A stretch of DNA of 64,000 nt, taken from assembly GCA_043802485.1 (NCBI GenBank), contig JAZDKZ010000001.1:64622-128621 (forward strand), given 5' to 3'. Each line of letters opens with the position of its first letter. Position 1 is the first letter of the stretch. Under the pieces are notes generated by a model, which saw only the letters and a program-made list of their open reading frames with translations, was not told the DNA's origin and made no database searches. Positions 8,465 to 17,536 of the stretch are shown here, one piece after another. The translations under genes were made by a program, and so were the position numbers. Origin of the DNA: Candidatus Aenigmatarchaeota archaeon. Its GTDB lineage: Archaea > Aenigmatarchaeota > Aenigmatarchaeia > Aenigmatarchaeales > Aenigmatarchaeaceae.

Positions 8465-9547
8465 ATGGTAGACCAAACTACATACAAACTGAAAAAACTG
8501 CTTGACCAACTTGACGAGATCAGGGGAAGGCACACAGAGATGGTCAGTGTCTTTATTCCTGCAGACTACAACCTTCAGGAGATAGTCAACATGCTCAAAC
8601 AGGAATATACCCTGACAGAGAATGTCAAGAACAAGACGGTTAGGAACAACGTGCTTGGCGCCATTGATAAGATTCTGTACGAGCTAAGGTCATACAAAAA
8701 GACGCCAAAGAACGGTTTGGCTCTTTTTGCTGGCAATGTTTCTGAGAACGAGGGCCAGACAGACATACAGCTCTGGTCGATAAATCCTCCTGATAAACTG
8801 AATGTCAAAAAGTACTGGTGCGACAAAAAGTTCGAGACAGAGCCGTTAAGGGAGATGGTCGCGGAGAAGGAAGTGTACGGGCTATTGGTTCTTGACAACA
8901 AGGAAGCTGCCATCGGTATTTTGAAAGGAAAAAAGATAGAAATGCTAAAGGAGATGGGATCCATGGTTCCAGGCAAGTTCAGAAAGGGAGGGCAGAGCGC
9001 ATCCCGTTTCGAAAGGGTCCGTGAGGGTTTGATTAACGACTGGTACAAGAAGATCGCCCAGACTGCAAGAGAATATTTTGAAAAGACCCCGAATCTGAAG
9101 GGAATACTTGTTGGAGGTCCTGGTCCTGCCAAGAACGACTTTCTTGATGGTGCTTATCTTTTGACTGAATTGGGAAAGAAGGTGCTGGGGTTTGAGAATA
9201 CTGGTTACACAGACGAGCAGGGCTTGGAGGAGCTGGTGCAGAGGGCCGAGAGCATACTGGCAGAGGCTGCTGTGGCAAAGGAGAAGGCCCTTGTGCAGAA
9301 ATTCTTTGAGGAATTAAAGAAGAGCAGCGGCTTGGCTGCATACGGCAAGGATAAGATAATGAAGTTCATGCAGATGGGCGCTGTTGACATTGTCTTGATT
9401 TCAATGGGAAGCGAGGACGACGAGATAATAGAAACAGCAGGCAACTATGGCACTACTGTAGAAATAATATCAACAGAGACCAGGGAAGGCGAGCAGCTAA
9501 ACAGCCTGGGCGGCACGGCCGCCATTCTAAGATGGAAAGTGCAGTAA
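8465..9547 (+). CDS. prf1: Peptide chain release factor aRF1
   Basis: Contains the GGQ motif (KFRKGGQSASRFERVRE), YWCDKKF (the YxCxxxF motif) and an aRF1-type N-terminus. The NIKS position reads NVKN. Confidence 0.9.
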   Translation: MVDQTTYKLKKLLDQLDEIRGRHTEMVSVFIPADYNLQEIVNMLKQEYTLTENVKNKTVRNNVLGAIDKILYELRSYKKTPKNGLALFAGNVSENEGQTDIQLWSINPPDKLNVKKYWCDKKFETEPLREMVAEKEVYGLLVLDNKEAAIGILKGKKIEMLKEMGSMVPGKFRKGGQSASRFERVREGLINDWYKKIAQTAREYFEKTPNLKGILVGGPGPAKNDFLDGAYLLTELGKKVLGFENTGYTDEQGLEELVQRAESILAEAAVAKEKALVQKFFEELKKSSGLAAYGKDKIMKFMQMGAVDIVLISMGSEDDEIIETAGNYGTTVEIISTETREGEQLNSLGGTAAILRWKVQ

Positions 9548-10030
9548 TCATTTCAGCAGTTCCACATGGTCTGATGCGTGCCTCAATGATATCGCAAGCC
9601 CGCTATCAACTGCTATCAATAATGTTACTTTTCCCTTTTCCTTTGCCTTCTGAATCAGGGGAAGAAAGTCCGCGTCCCTTGACGACAGGGCTATTATGTC
9701 TATCTCAGGGTTGTATATGGCTTCCATGGCATGGACTGCCACCGAGACATCGACGTCAGTCTTCTGCTCAGGGTCTCCCAAAGCTATCACAGTTTCAAAG
9801 CCCTCGTTGGCAACAGCCTCTATCAGCTTTTCTGAGGCGAACTGGTTGAGAAACACCTTGCCAATTGTGATTCTTCCATATTTTTCAATCCTTTTTCTCA
9901 AGTCCTTGAGATTAAGGTTGAACTCCTTTCTTATCATGTTGGGCCCGTCTATGAAAAAAGCCACCTTGGGCCTTTCAGCCATCTTGCTCCTTATTTTTTC
10001 CAGACCGTCTTTAACCCCGCCGAAAACCAT
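9548..10030 (-). CDS. NYN/LabA-like (DUF88) domain protein
   Basis: Contains KVAFFIDGPNMIRKEF and IIALSSRDADFLPLIQKAKEKGKVTLLIAV. Confidence 0.7.
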   Translation of the reverse strand: MVFGGVKDGLEKIRSKMAERPKVAFFIDGPNMIRKEFNLNLKDLRKRIEKYGRITIGKVFLNQFASEKLIEAVANEGFETVIALGDPEQKTDVDVSVAVHAMEAIYNPEIDIIALSSRDADFLPLIQKAKEKGKVTLLIAVDSGLAISLRHASDHVELLK

Positions 10031-10074
10031 AAATTCACCTACCCTTACTGTTTGTCTAATCTTTTTAAGTGATG

Positions 10075-10407
10075 CTACTTGCCGTCCCCGATTTCAGGCA
10101 ACTTGGGAGTTGGGGGAGGATTTTGCGCAGATTTGTCCGGTGTAGGCGGATTTTCAGAATATCTAGTGTTCTTAGAAGACATCTCCTTCTCGATTGAGCT
10201 TCTAATCACAGGAGAAAACCTTATGCTTTTGAGCAGAAACCTTACCTCTTCCAATTGCAGGGTCAGGTCCCTTCTCAGCTTTCTCAGATCCCTGAGTTCT
10301 ATCATTGAAAAAATTATGTAAAACAACATAGCAATGTTCAAAAACAAAAGAAATTCTGCTACAGGCAACTCGAATCCCAATACTTCAAGACCTAGCACAA
10401 AAACCAT
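10075..10407 (-). CDS. Hypothetical membrane-anchored protein with a Pro-rich tail
   Basis: A hydrophobic N-terminus is followed by a coiled-coil-like segment and a C-terminal ENPPTPDKSAQNPPPTPKLP. Confidence 0.3.
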   Translation of the reverse strand: MVFVLGLEVLGFELPVAEFLLFLNIAMLFYIIFSMIELRDLRKLRRDLTLQLEEVRFLLKSIRFSPVIRSSIEKEMSSKNTRYSENPPTPDKSAQNPPPTPKLPEIGDGK

Positions 10408-10448
10408 CTAAACACCTATACCTTAATTGCATGAAGGGGTTAATAAAA

Positions 10449-11225
10449 TTAGCCCATGTCCAAATTGAAGAATTTTATCGCGTTTTCCCCACATTGCTTC
10501 CAGACCTGCTCGAAAGGGATGTTTTTTACCTCTGAAACCTTTTCAGCGACTGTTTTGATTGATAGCGGGGTGTTCCTGACATCCAATCCTTCCAATAGCC
10601 TTTTAGGAGCCAGCCATGGCGAGTCTGTTTCTAGCATCAGTCTTTCCAGGGGCGTTTCACTGACTATTTTCTTGTGCTTCTTGCTCCTGAGCATGATTGT
10701 ATTCATGGATATGTTCCAGCCGTTCTGTAAAATTCTTCCTACCAGCTTATCCGCCCCCCACATGTGAAAATTGACGTTTTTGGCGTCCTGGCCTTCCAAA
10801 ATCTGGATGGTCCCTTCAAACACTTCCCTTGAATGGATGATCAAGGGTTTATCCAGTTCCTTTGCCAGCTCTATCATCTGTATGAACAAATCCTTCTGCT
10901 TCTTTCTCCAGACCTCTTTTCTAATGTACCAGTAATCAAGACCAGTTTCTCCTATGGCTGTTATTTTATCCTTATTTTTAACAATAAGGTCCAAAAAGTT
11001 GTCCCTTTCTTTTATTGACATTTCTTTGACATGTTCTGGGTGTATTCCACATGAGGCGAACACAAAGCCCTTGTAATCGTCAACCATCCTCATCGTGAGC
11101 TCAAAATCCCTTGGATGGGCGCAAGAAGTTATAACAGCCTTTAGTTCCTTTCTGCAGGCCTCTACCACTTCATCCCTGTCATTGTCATAATCCTTCTGCT
11201 CAAGATGGCAGTGTACATCGATCAT
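10449..11225 (-). CDS. TatD-family metal-dependent hydrolase/DNase
   Basis: Contains MIDVHCHLEQKDY, AIGETGLDYWY, PLIIHSRE and LETDSPWL. Confidence 0.85.
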   Translation of the reverse strand: MIDVHCHLEQKDYDNDRDEVVEACRKELKAVITSCAHPRDFELTMRMVDDYKGFVFASCGIHPEHVKEMSIKERDNFLDLIVKNKDKITAIGETGLDYWYIRKEVWRKKQKDLFIQMIELAKELDKPLIIHSREVFEGTIQILEGQDAKNVNFHMWGADKLVGRILQNGWNISMNTIMLRSKKHKKIVSETPLERLMLETDSPWLAPKRLLEGLDVRNTPLSIKTVAEKVSEVKNIPFEQVWKQCGENAIKFFNLDMG

Positions 11226-11272
11226 AAGAATTATTTACAGTTGTAATATTTGAAAATAACACAAGAAGATAA

Positions 11273-11725
11273 TCAAGAAAACTTGTACCTTTCACAGACG
11301 TACTTTAGCGCATTCTTTTGGTTCTTATGGGTAAGTATCTCCAGAGCCTCTTCCTTGCTTACCCACATGTACTTGTCGTGCTCCCTCTTATCCAGCTTGA
11401 TACTCTTGCTGAATGCTTCGATAACGAATACATACCCCTTTGCTCCGTGGTAAATGTGTTTGTCCTTGACAAAGCCTTTAGGGAACTTGAACCTTATGTA
11501 ATGCCTTGTCTTGGCAATTATCTTAAACTTCTTTTTTCCAGTCTCCTCTCTAATTTCCCTTTTCAGGCAATCTATGATATTCTCATTATCCTCCTTGCCG
11601 CCTTTGAGCAGCTCCCAGCCATTCCAGTTCTTTATTCTGTGGAGTATCAGAAACTGCGGATACTTTCTCCTGAGAAAGACCACACCAAAGATGCATCTCC
11701 TGTACTTTCTCTTCATGTTTCTCAA
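11273..11725 (-). CDS. NUDIX hydrolase
   Basis: The Nudix box is GGKEDNENIIDCLKREIREETG. Confidence 0.8.
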   Translation of the reverse strand: MRNMKRKYRRCIFGVVFLRRKYPQFLILHRIKNWNGWELLKGGKEDNENIIDCLKREIREETGKKKFKIIAKTRHYIRFKFPKGFVKDKHIYHGAKGYVFVIEAFSKSIKLDKREHDKYMWVSKEEALEILTHKNQKNALKYVCERYKFS

Positions 11726-11758
11726 CTATTTTTATGTGCAAACTGATATGTATAATTT

Positions 11759-12118
11759 ATGAGGGTTGTTCTTGACACCAATTTTTTTGTTTCAGCTGTG
11801 AATTTCAAGATGGATTTGTTTTCAGAGCTGAGAGGACATGAGATTTATGTCACAGAACCTGTTCTAATTGAATTGGAGGAGATTGCAAAAGGGAACGGCA
11901 AGGACGCCTTTTCTGCTAGAGTATCCCTGAAACTGGTCGAGGAAAAGGGTTTAAAAGTATTGGAACCCAAAGAAAAGGAAGCTGATGTCTCCCTTCTGGA
12001 GCTGAGTAAGCAGGGATATGCCATAGCAACGCAGGACAAGAGGCTCAGGGAAAAGCTTAAGAGAACTGGGTCAAAGATTATATTTATAAGACAGAGAAAA
12101 TATGTTGTTTTTGAGTGA
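11759..12118 (+). CDS. PIN-domain nuclease, Fcf1/Utp24-like
   Basis: Contains MRVVLDTNFFVSAV, ADVSLLELSKQGYAIATQDKRLREKL and IIFIRQRKYVV. Confidence 0.7.
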   Translation: MRVVLDTNFFVSAVNFKMDLFSELRGHEIYVTEPVLIELEEIAKGNGKDAFSARVSLKLVEEKGLKVLEPKEKEADVSLLELSKQGYAIATQDKRLREKLKRTGSKIIFIRQRKYVVFE

Positions 12119-12122
12119 TTTT

Positions 12123-12620
12123 ATGGATATTTCAAAACTAGAGCCGGGAACAAAGGATTTGGTGAATGTTTTCGTCGAGTCAGAGAAAGGCTCGAAGAGC
12201 TATTACAAGTACGACCAGAAGACAGGCTTTTTCAATCTGGAAAAGGTCCTCAAACTGCCGTTCACAGGCTCGTTCGGTTTTGTGCCCAAGACGCATCATG
12301 TTGACGCCAATACATTGGATGTCATGATACTGGCTTCAGACTCGATAAAGCAGGGCATAGTCGTGCAGGCAAGGCCTATCGGCATCGTGAGGCTAAAAGC
12401 CCAGATACCTGATGATGTGCTGATTGCAGTCTCCATAGCAGACAAAGAGTATGAAAAACTTAAGGACATCTCGGAAGTGGATGACGATACGGTGAAAAAT
12501 TTAAAAGCCTTTCTGGAAGAATTTAAAGAGCTAAAGGTGGAGAACGTCCTTGACTCGGTCCATGCCAAGAATTCGGTGAGAAGGTCCATGGAGCTCTACC
12601 AGAGGAGCGTAAACAGATGA
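12123..12620 (+). CDS. ppa: Inorganic pyrophosphatase (family I)
   Basis: Contains VNVFVESEKGSKSYYKYDQKTG, GSFGFVPKTHHVDANTLDVMIL and DDVLIAV. The start was set at the MDISKLEPG ATG. Confidence 0.85.
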   Translation: MDISKLEPGTKDLVNVFVESEKGSKSYYKYDQKTGFFNLEKVLKLPFTGSFGFVPKTHHVDANTLDVMILASDSIKQGIVVQARPIGIVRLKAQIPDDVLIAVSIADKEYEKLKDISEVDDDTVKNLKAFLEEFKELKVENVLDSVHAKNSVRRSMELYQRSVNR

Positions 12621-12967
12621 TATTGAAATCATTTTCGCCGAGCGGCGGAAAGATACTCGGGCTTATCATAATATTCGCCTTGGTTGCGTCATATGCCTTT
12701 GTTCCTGCGTTGACAAACCCGCAGGCATGTACTAGTGGCTGCACAATAGAAATAGGATACCCGTTAAAGTTCCTGTTTTACGAGATGGGAACGCAGACAC
12801 AAGGCTTTATGAATTACAATATCGTTAATTTTATAATCGATTTAGTTATTGTTTATTTTTCATTATGCTTATTGTCGTTGATTTTAAACTTAGGGAGGAG
12901 AAAAAATGTACCAAATAATAACAGCGGAGGACGAGGTAGCAGTCCCGCCGACCAAATTGGGATCTAA
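12617..12967 (+). CDS. Hypothetical membrane protein
   Basis: Two predicted TM helices. The 3' end overlaps the rpo7 start by ~60 nt, so the extent is uncertain. Confidence 0.35.
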   Translation: MILKSFSPSGGKILGLIIIFALVASYAFVPALTNPQACTSGCTIEIGYPLKFLFYEMGTQTQGFMNYNIVNFIIDLVIVYFSLCLLSLILNLGRRKNVPNNNSGGRGSSPADQIGI

Positions 12968-13493
12968 CATAGAAAAGGCTGTCAAAGAGTCCATAGAGGA
13001 GAGTTTTGAGGGCAGGATAGACAACACTGTAGGCGTCGTGCTCTCTGTCACAGAAATTGATGATATCAAAGAGGGAACAATCATTCCAGGCAATCCTTCT
13101 GTTCTTTATCCTGTTCGCTTCAAGATGCTGACATGGATGCCCAAGCAGCATGAGATTGTCGAGGGAGAGGTGGTTGACATAACAGAGTTCGGCGCCTTCA
13201 TCAGGTGCGGCGCTTTGGACGGCTTGGTGCATGTCTCCCAGATAATGGACGACTTTGTCAGTTACGACGAGAAGAACGCTCAGCTTGTCGGCAAGCAGAC
13301 CAGGAGAGTTTTGAAGGAAGGTGACAAGGTCAGGGCAAGGATAATTTCCGTTTCTTTCACAGAGCAGAGCAAGCTCGGCTTGACAATGAGGCAGCCTTTC
13401 CTAGGCAACATAAAGTGGCTCACAGATGAGAAGAAGGAAGAGAAGAAAGCTGCTCCAAAGAAGGTCGCGAAGAAGAAGGCAAAGAAAAAGTGA
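12906..13493 (+). CDS. rpoE: DNA-directed RNA polymerase subunit E' (Rpo7) with an S1 domain and Lys-rich tail
   Basis: Contains MYQIITAEDEVAVPPTKLG, EIVEGEVVDITEFGAFIRCGALDGLVHVSQI and KVRARIISVS. Confidence 0.9.
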   Translation: MYQIITAEDEVAVPPTKLGSNIEKAVKESIEESFEGRIDNTVGVVLSVTEIDDIKEGTIIPGNPSVLYPVRFKMLTWMPKQHEIVEGEVVDITEFGAFIRCGALDGLVHVSQIMDDFVSYDEKNAQLVGKQTRRVLKEGDKVRARIISVSFTEQSKLGLTMRQPFLGNIKWLTDEKKEEKKAAPKKVAKKKAKKK

Positions 13494-13497
13494 TTAG

Positions 13498-13680
13498 ATG
13501 GTTGAAAAAGCGTGCAGGGTCTGCAGAAGGATTGTAAAGGGAAGCATGTGCCCCATGTGCAAGAGCACGGATCTTACAAAGAGCTGGAGAGGCTCCCTGA
13601 TAATCATAAACGCAGATTCTGATATTGCAAGGGAAGCCGGCATTACTGCTCCTGGCAGGTATGCTGTGAGAGTAAAGTGA
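13498..13680 (+). CDS. spt4: Transcription elongation factor Spt4 (RpoE'')
   Basis: A 60-aa product with ACRVCRRIV...CPMCKS zinc ribbon, followed by WRGSLIIINADSDIAREAGITAPGRYAVRV. Confidence 0.8.
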   Translation: MVEKACRVCRRIVKGSMCPMCKSTDLTKSWRGSLIIINADSDIAREAGITAPGRYAVRVK

Positions 13681-14346
13681 TTATTTCTTCTTTACTTTCT
13701 TTAGAACCATTCTTTTCTTTGACCATCTTATTGCGTATTCTGCTACCACAAGAGCAACGCCTATCGCTATAAGGGCTATTGATATCAAGGCCATCTTCTC
13801 AAGGCCGCTGCCAAGATATTTGGATATCATGTTCTCGGCAGAAGCGCCTGAGAACATCAGAACAAGCTCAGGAGTTAGCAGGGAAATAAGAAGCGTTATC
13901 GATGAAATCGATATGATGTCCTTGCCAAGGGTTGACAGCGGGCTCTCTGAGACCACAAGTATCATCGCAGCCGAGACGACCGTCAAAGCAAAGAATAGAA
14001 ACGTTTGGTTCATTAGGGAGACAGCGTCGTCCATTGACTGGCCCATAATCTCTCTCTCGTAGAGATGGTCGATAACGTTGCCAGTCTCGTTAATCCTCAG
14101 TTCCACGCTTTCCATGCATTGGTCGACGCACCTTTCAAGCACATCCTCTGTTATCCCCTCAAAGTTCTGGCACTGCGCCCTGCACTCGGGCTCCATTATA
14201 TCAGGCCCCATTGTTGATTGGGCAAATGCCTTCAGGTTCTCCTTTTGCAGGGAATCACCTATGGTCTGCGTTGTAACAAGGGTCAGAAGCGCAAAAGTGA
14301 ACAACGACGAAAGCAGGAAAACTCCCACTCCTCTAAGGATTGACAT
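13681..14346 (-). CDS. Hypothetical membrane protein with a Cys-containing extracytoplasmic loop
   Basis: An N-terminal TM helix, a loop with CRAQCQN...CVDQC, then three further TM helices. Confidence 0.4.
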   Translation of the reverse strand: MSILRGVGVFLLSSLFTFALLTLVTTQTIGDSLQKENLKAFAQSTMGPDIMEPECRAQCQNFEGITEDVLERCVDQCMESVELRINETGNVIDHLYEREIMGQSMDDAVSLMNQTFLFFALTVVSAAMILVVSESPLSTLGKDIISISSITLLISLLTPELVLMFSGASAENMISKYLGSGLEKMALISIALIAIGVALVVAEYAIRWSKKRMVLKKVKKK

Positions 14347-14378
14347 AAATTTATATAGATTGCTTATATAAAATAAGT

Positions 14379-14795
14379 GTGATTATGATGGACTTCAAGG
14401 TACTTGAGGAAAAGGACAATCCTGTCCTGAAAAGGAAAGAGATAATTGGTTCTTTGGACTATGGCAGGGGCTGCACGCCCAGCAAGGCGGCTCTGCAGAA
14501 GCTTCTGGCAGACCAGCTGAAGGCCAACATAGAGAACATTGAGATAACAAAGATACTTTCCGAGTCAGGTATGGCAAAGGGAACTGCTTGGATAAAGGTG
14601 TGGCAGGAGAAGAAGGTGCCTTTGTACAAGACAAAGAAGGAAGCCGAAGAAAAGGTAGAGGAAAAGCCAATAGAACAATCAAAAGAAGCTCCAAACGAGG
14701 AAGCAAAAGTGCAAGAGAAACCGGCTGAGCAGCCAAAAGCAGAGGCTGAGCCAAAGAAAGAGGAAACTCTATCAGAAGAGAAAGGTGAGCAATAA
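14379..14795 (+). CDS. rps24e: 30S ribosomal protein S24e with a K/E-rich C-terminal extension
   Basis: Reads FKVLEEKDNPVLKRKEIIGSLDY...TPSKAALQKLLADQL...GTAWIKVW. Confidence 0.85.
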   Translation: MIMMDFKVLEEKDNPVLKRKEIIGSLDYGRGCTPSKAALQKLLADQLKANIENIEITKILSESGMAKGTAWIKVWQEKKVPLYKTKKEAEEKVEEKPIEQSKEAPNEEAKVQEKPAEQPKAEAEPKKEETLSEEKGEQ

Positions 14796-15010
14796 TGGGA
14801 AAGAAGAAGAAGTCAAAGGAAAGAAAAGGAAAAAGAGCTCCAAGCAAGAGCAAGCACAAAAAAATTGTAATGCACAAGAGATATAATGGTGCAAAGATAA
14901 AGGGAAAATGGTGTCCCAGATGTGGACCAGGTGTTTTGCTAGCTAAGCACAAGAATCGCGTGACATGCGGCAAGTGCAACTATTCTGAGATTGAAGTTGT
15001 GAAGAAATAA
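14795..15010 (+). CDS. rps27ae: 30S ribosomal protein S27ae (eS31)
   Basis: Zinc ribbon KWCPRCGPGVLLAKHKNRVTCGKCNY. The start overlaps the rps24e stop (ATGA-type junction). Confidence 0.85.
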   Translation: MGKKKKSKERKGKRAPSKSKHKKIVMHKRYNGAKIKGKWCPRCGPGVLLAKHKNRVTCGKCNYSEIEVVKK

Positions 15011-15469
15011 TTAATTATTATTTAACTTATATTTCTTTAATTCTCCCATCTGTTTTATTACAGAAGGCAGATAATGTATTTCTCCTTTGTCTATGCCAAA
15101 TTTATCATTCATCCATGTTATAATATTTTGTTCGTCGTCTTCTTCACAACTTTCCCTTCTTTTATTACAGAAAGAGCAAATATCATCTATGTTTTCCACA
15201 GTTTCCAACCAACCATCCCCATTATTCACAACTTCTTTACAATATTCTATTACCTTGTTTACAGTTTCTTCATCGTATTCTACTTGTTCAGAATCATTTT
15301 TTTGATCTAACTTGGATAGATAAGGTTCATTAATTTTTTTTCTTATTGTTTCCTCCCCCTCTAGAATAAAACCATATAAAAAATTTATATGATGAGGTCT
15401 CAACCTATAGAGCTTGGCTTCCATTTTAATATATTGAACAAAAAACTTTAAATTCTTATTTTTAAACAC
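15011..15469 (-). CDS. Hypothetical protein, possibly DUF1284-like
   Basis: LRPHHINFLYGF near the N-terminus and DDICSFCNKRRESC resemble my recollection of the DUF1284 pattern (RxHHL..C and D.IC..C). The gene is very AT-rich. The start may be the internal MEAKLYRL. Confidence 0.3.
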   Translation of the reverse strand: MFKNKNLKFFVQYIKMEAKLYRLRPHHINFLYGFILEGEETIRKKINEPYLSKLDQKNDSEQVEYDEETVNKVIEYCKEVVNNGDGWLETVENIDDICSFCNKRRESCEEDDEQNIITWMNDKFGIDKGEIHYLPSVIKQMGELKKYKLNNN

Positions 15470-15542
15470 AGTTAAAAAAATAATAAAGAAAAAGATAAAT
15501 TAAAAAATCATCTTCTCCTTCTCTTAGGTTTTCTTCTAGCCT

Positions 15543-15893
15543 TTATTTGGAACTCGGGTTGTTCTTCATAAGACCAAATGTGTTTCCTTGCGGGTCTTTG
15601 AAATAAGCCAAGTAACCTACACCTGGAACAGTCATCTTTTCTGTCAATAATGTACCTCCAGCATTCTTTACATTTTCCAAGGCCTTGTCAATGTCATCAA
15701 CGTCTATCGTATTGATTGCAGGATTGTTCTCCTTGTTCAGACCGCCGTCAATTCCAGGACCTTCGCCCGTTTTAATCATCCAATAATTCATTGGTCCCCA
15801 TTTTTCAAATTTCCAACCAAAAACCTTACTGTAGAAGTCGATTAAATTCTCAGGTTCCTTGCCAAATATTTCGAAATGTACTACTCTACTCAT
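15543..15893 (-). CDS. VOC/glyoxalase-bleomycin resistance family protein
   Basis: Contains VVHFEIFGKEPENLIDFYSKVFGWKF and GYLAYFKDPQGNTFGLM. Confidence 0.75.
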   Translation of the reverse strand: MSRVVHFEIFGKEPENLIDFYSKVFGWKFEKWGPMNYWMIKTGEGPGIDGGLNKENNPAINTIDVDDIDKALENVKNAGGTLLTEKMTVPGVGYLAYFKDPQGNTFGLMKNNPSSK

Positions 15894-15939
15894 CTTACCA
15901 CCCCATATCTTAATAAATTTTGATTTTATTTATATCATT

Positions 15940-16905
15940 ATGATCTGCTTAGGTATTGAATCAACTGCACATACTTTTGGCGTAGGTATTGTCAAGGATA
16001 ACGAGGTTATAGCAGACGAGAAGATGATGTACATCCCTCCAAAGGGTTCTGGTATAATTCCAAAGGAGGCTGCTCAGCATCACATTGAAAATTTCTCTTC
16101 TGTTCTGGAGAAATGTCTGGAAAGTGCAAACATGAAGATGAGTGACATTGATACTGTCGCCTTTTCTCAGGGACCTGGATTACCACAATGTCTGAGGGTA
16201 GGTGGTGTTGTTGCAAGGACTCTGGCACTAAAGCACAAAAAACCTCTTATAGGCGTCAACCATTGCCTTGCGCATATTGAGGTTGGAAAGATATGTACCA
16301 GTTGTAAGGACCCTGTTGTTCTTTACCTTTCAGGAGGCAACACACAGGTGATAGCCTTTACAGAAGGCAGGTACAGAGTCTTTGGTGAGACGCAGGACGT
16401 GCCTATCGGCAATGCTCTTGATATGATAGCCAGGAGCTTTGGTCTGTCGATGCCAGGCGGCCTACACATCGAGCGCCTGGCCAAAGACGGAAAATACATC
16501 GAGCTTCCCTACGTTGTGAAGGGAATGGACCTTTCATTCTCCGGTCTGGCTACAGAGGCCATAAGGAAATACAAGCAGGGTGTAAGCAAGGAGGATGTTT
16601 CTTATTCTTTCCAGGAGACGTGTTTTGCCATGCTGGCAGAGGTTGCTGAAAGGGCAATGGCCCATACAGGCAAGGAGGAGCTGCTTCTGGTTGGTGGTGT
16701 TGCCGCCAATATACGATTGCAGGAAATGCTCAAGATAATGTGCGACGAGCGCGGAGCGAAATTCTTTGTTGTTCCTATGAAATACTCCGGGGACAACGGC
16801 TCCATGATAGCTGTGACAGGGGCGATATACAACAGACCCATAAAGATCGAAGACAGTGACGTCAGGCAGAAGTGGAGAGTGGACGAGGTCCAGATAGACT
16901 ATTAA
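15940..16905 (+). CDS. kae1: tRNA N6-adenosine threonylcarbamoyltransferase Kae1
   Basis: Contains MICLGIESTAHTFGVGIV, FSQGPGLPQCLRVG, VNHCLAHIE, LYLSGGNTQV and GGVAAN. The start was moved to the ATG at 15940. The gene is not fused to bud32. Confidence 0.9.
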   Translation: MICLGIESTAHTFGVGIVKDNEVIADEKMMYIPPKGSGIIPKEAAQHHIENFSSVLEKCLESANMKMSDIDTVAFSQGPGLPQCLRVGGVVARTLALKHKKPLIGVNHCLAHIEVGKICTSCKDPVVLYLSGGNTQVIAFTEGRYRVFGETQDVPIGNALDMIARSFGLSMPGGLHIERLAKDGKYIELPYVVKGMDLSFSGLATEAIRKYKQGVSKEDVSYSFQETCFAMLAEVAERAMAHTGKEELLLVGGVAANIRLQEMLKIMCDERGAKFFVVPMKYSGDNGSMIAVTGAIYNRPIKIEDSDVRQKWRVDEVQIDY

Positions 16906-17512
16906 TATTTCTCCTTGTCATATCAACAATTTGAAACGGACTAAACAATATAATTTCTTTATCATGACTTGTTCTGTAGCTTATGATAAGATCTTTTCTG
17001 AAGGCTTCTTCTATCATATTATCCCCTTCCATGATTAACTCGCCTGGGTTCTTCATTAAAATCCTTGCGCACTTTGTTGACAAGAGATTATTTTTAGAAG
17101 CTATAGTTGTTGAAACGGACAAATTAGATGATTTTAATCTGTTCTGTAGAAATCCATCTAACGAATCATGGTGGGAATATACATTGACACGATCATATCC
17201 TCTTTTGTAGCTAGCAACTCTTGAATAGTTCTCTGGTTTTATTTTCAACCTTTTAGAATAGTCCTCCAAATCTTCCAAAGGCACGGTTTTGTTGAAACCT
17301 TTTGGCTTGCCCCCAAAAAATATATCCTCATAAATATCGCTATAATATTGGTTAATTTTTGCGGTATCACCAACTTGTTTAAATCCCTTACAATCATGTA
17401 GCAAAAAATACATTCCCATCTGAAAATTCCTAGCCGATAACGCTTCAGGTTTACTTGATGCTATCATTTCAAAGTTTCTTTCTACCTCTTCTATCTTTTG
17501 ATTAAAGTCCAT
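16862..17512 (-). CDS. Hypothetical protein
   Basis: A 216-aa AT-rich ORF with no firm family assignment. Its last ~15 codons overlap the convergent kae1 3' end. Confidence 0.3.
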   Translation of the reverse strand: MDFNQKIEEVERNFEMIASSKPEALSARNFQMGMYFLLHDCKGFKQVGDTAKINQYYSDIYEDIFFGGKPKGFNKTVPLEDLEDYSKRLKIKPENYSRVASYKRGYDRVNVYSHHDSLDGFLQNRLKSSNLSVSTTIASKNNLLSTKCARILMKNPGELIMEGDNMIEEAFRKDLIISYRTSHDKEIILFSPFQIVDMTRRNINSLSGPRPLSTSA

Positions 17513-17536
17513 GAAACTATTAGAAGAGAAAACAAT

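Noticed and set aside
8465-9547. Possible stop-codon reassignment suggested by the NVKN variant of the aRF1 NIKS motif
   Set aside because: TAA (rps3ae, rps15, valS), TGA (bud32, the pilin-like gene, the NYN gene, metG) and TAG (4253..4594, 27147..27626) all terminate ORFs here. The conserved genes among them end at family-typical lengths, and no conserved gene contains an in-frame stop.
14395-14979. A 194-aa minus-strand ORF across rps24e and rps27ae
   Set aside because: It is antisense to ribosomal protein genes. Its Leu/Phe/Pro-rich product is the complement of the K/E-rich tail coding sequence.
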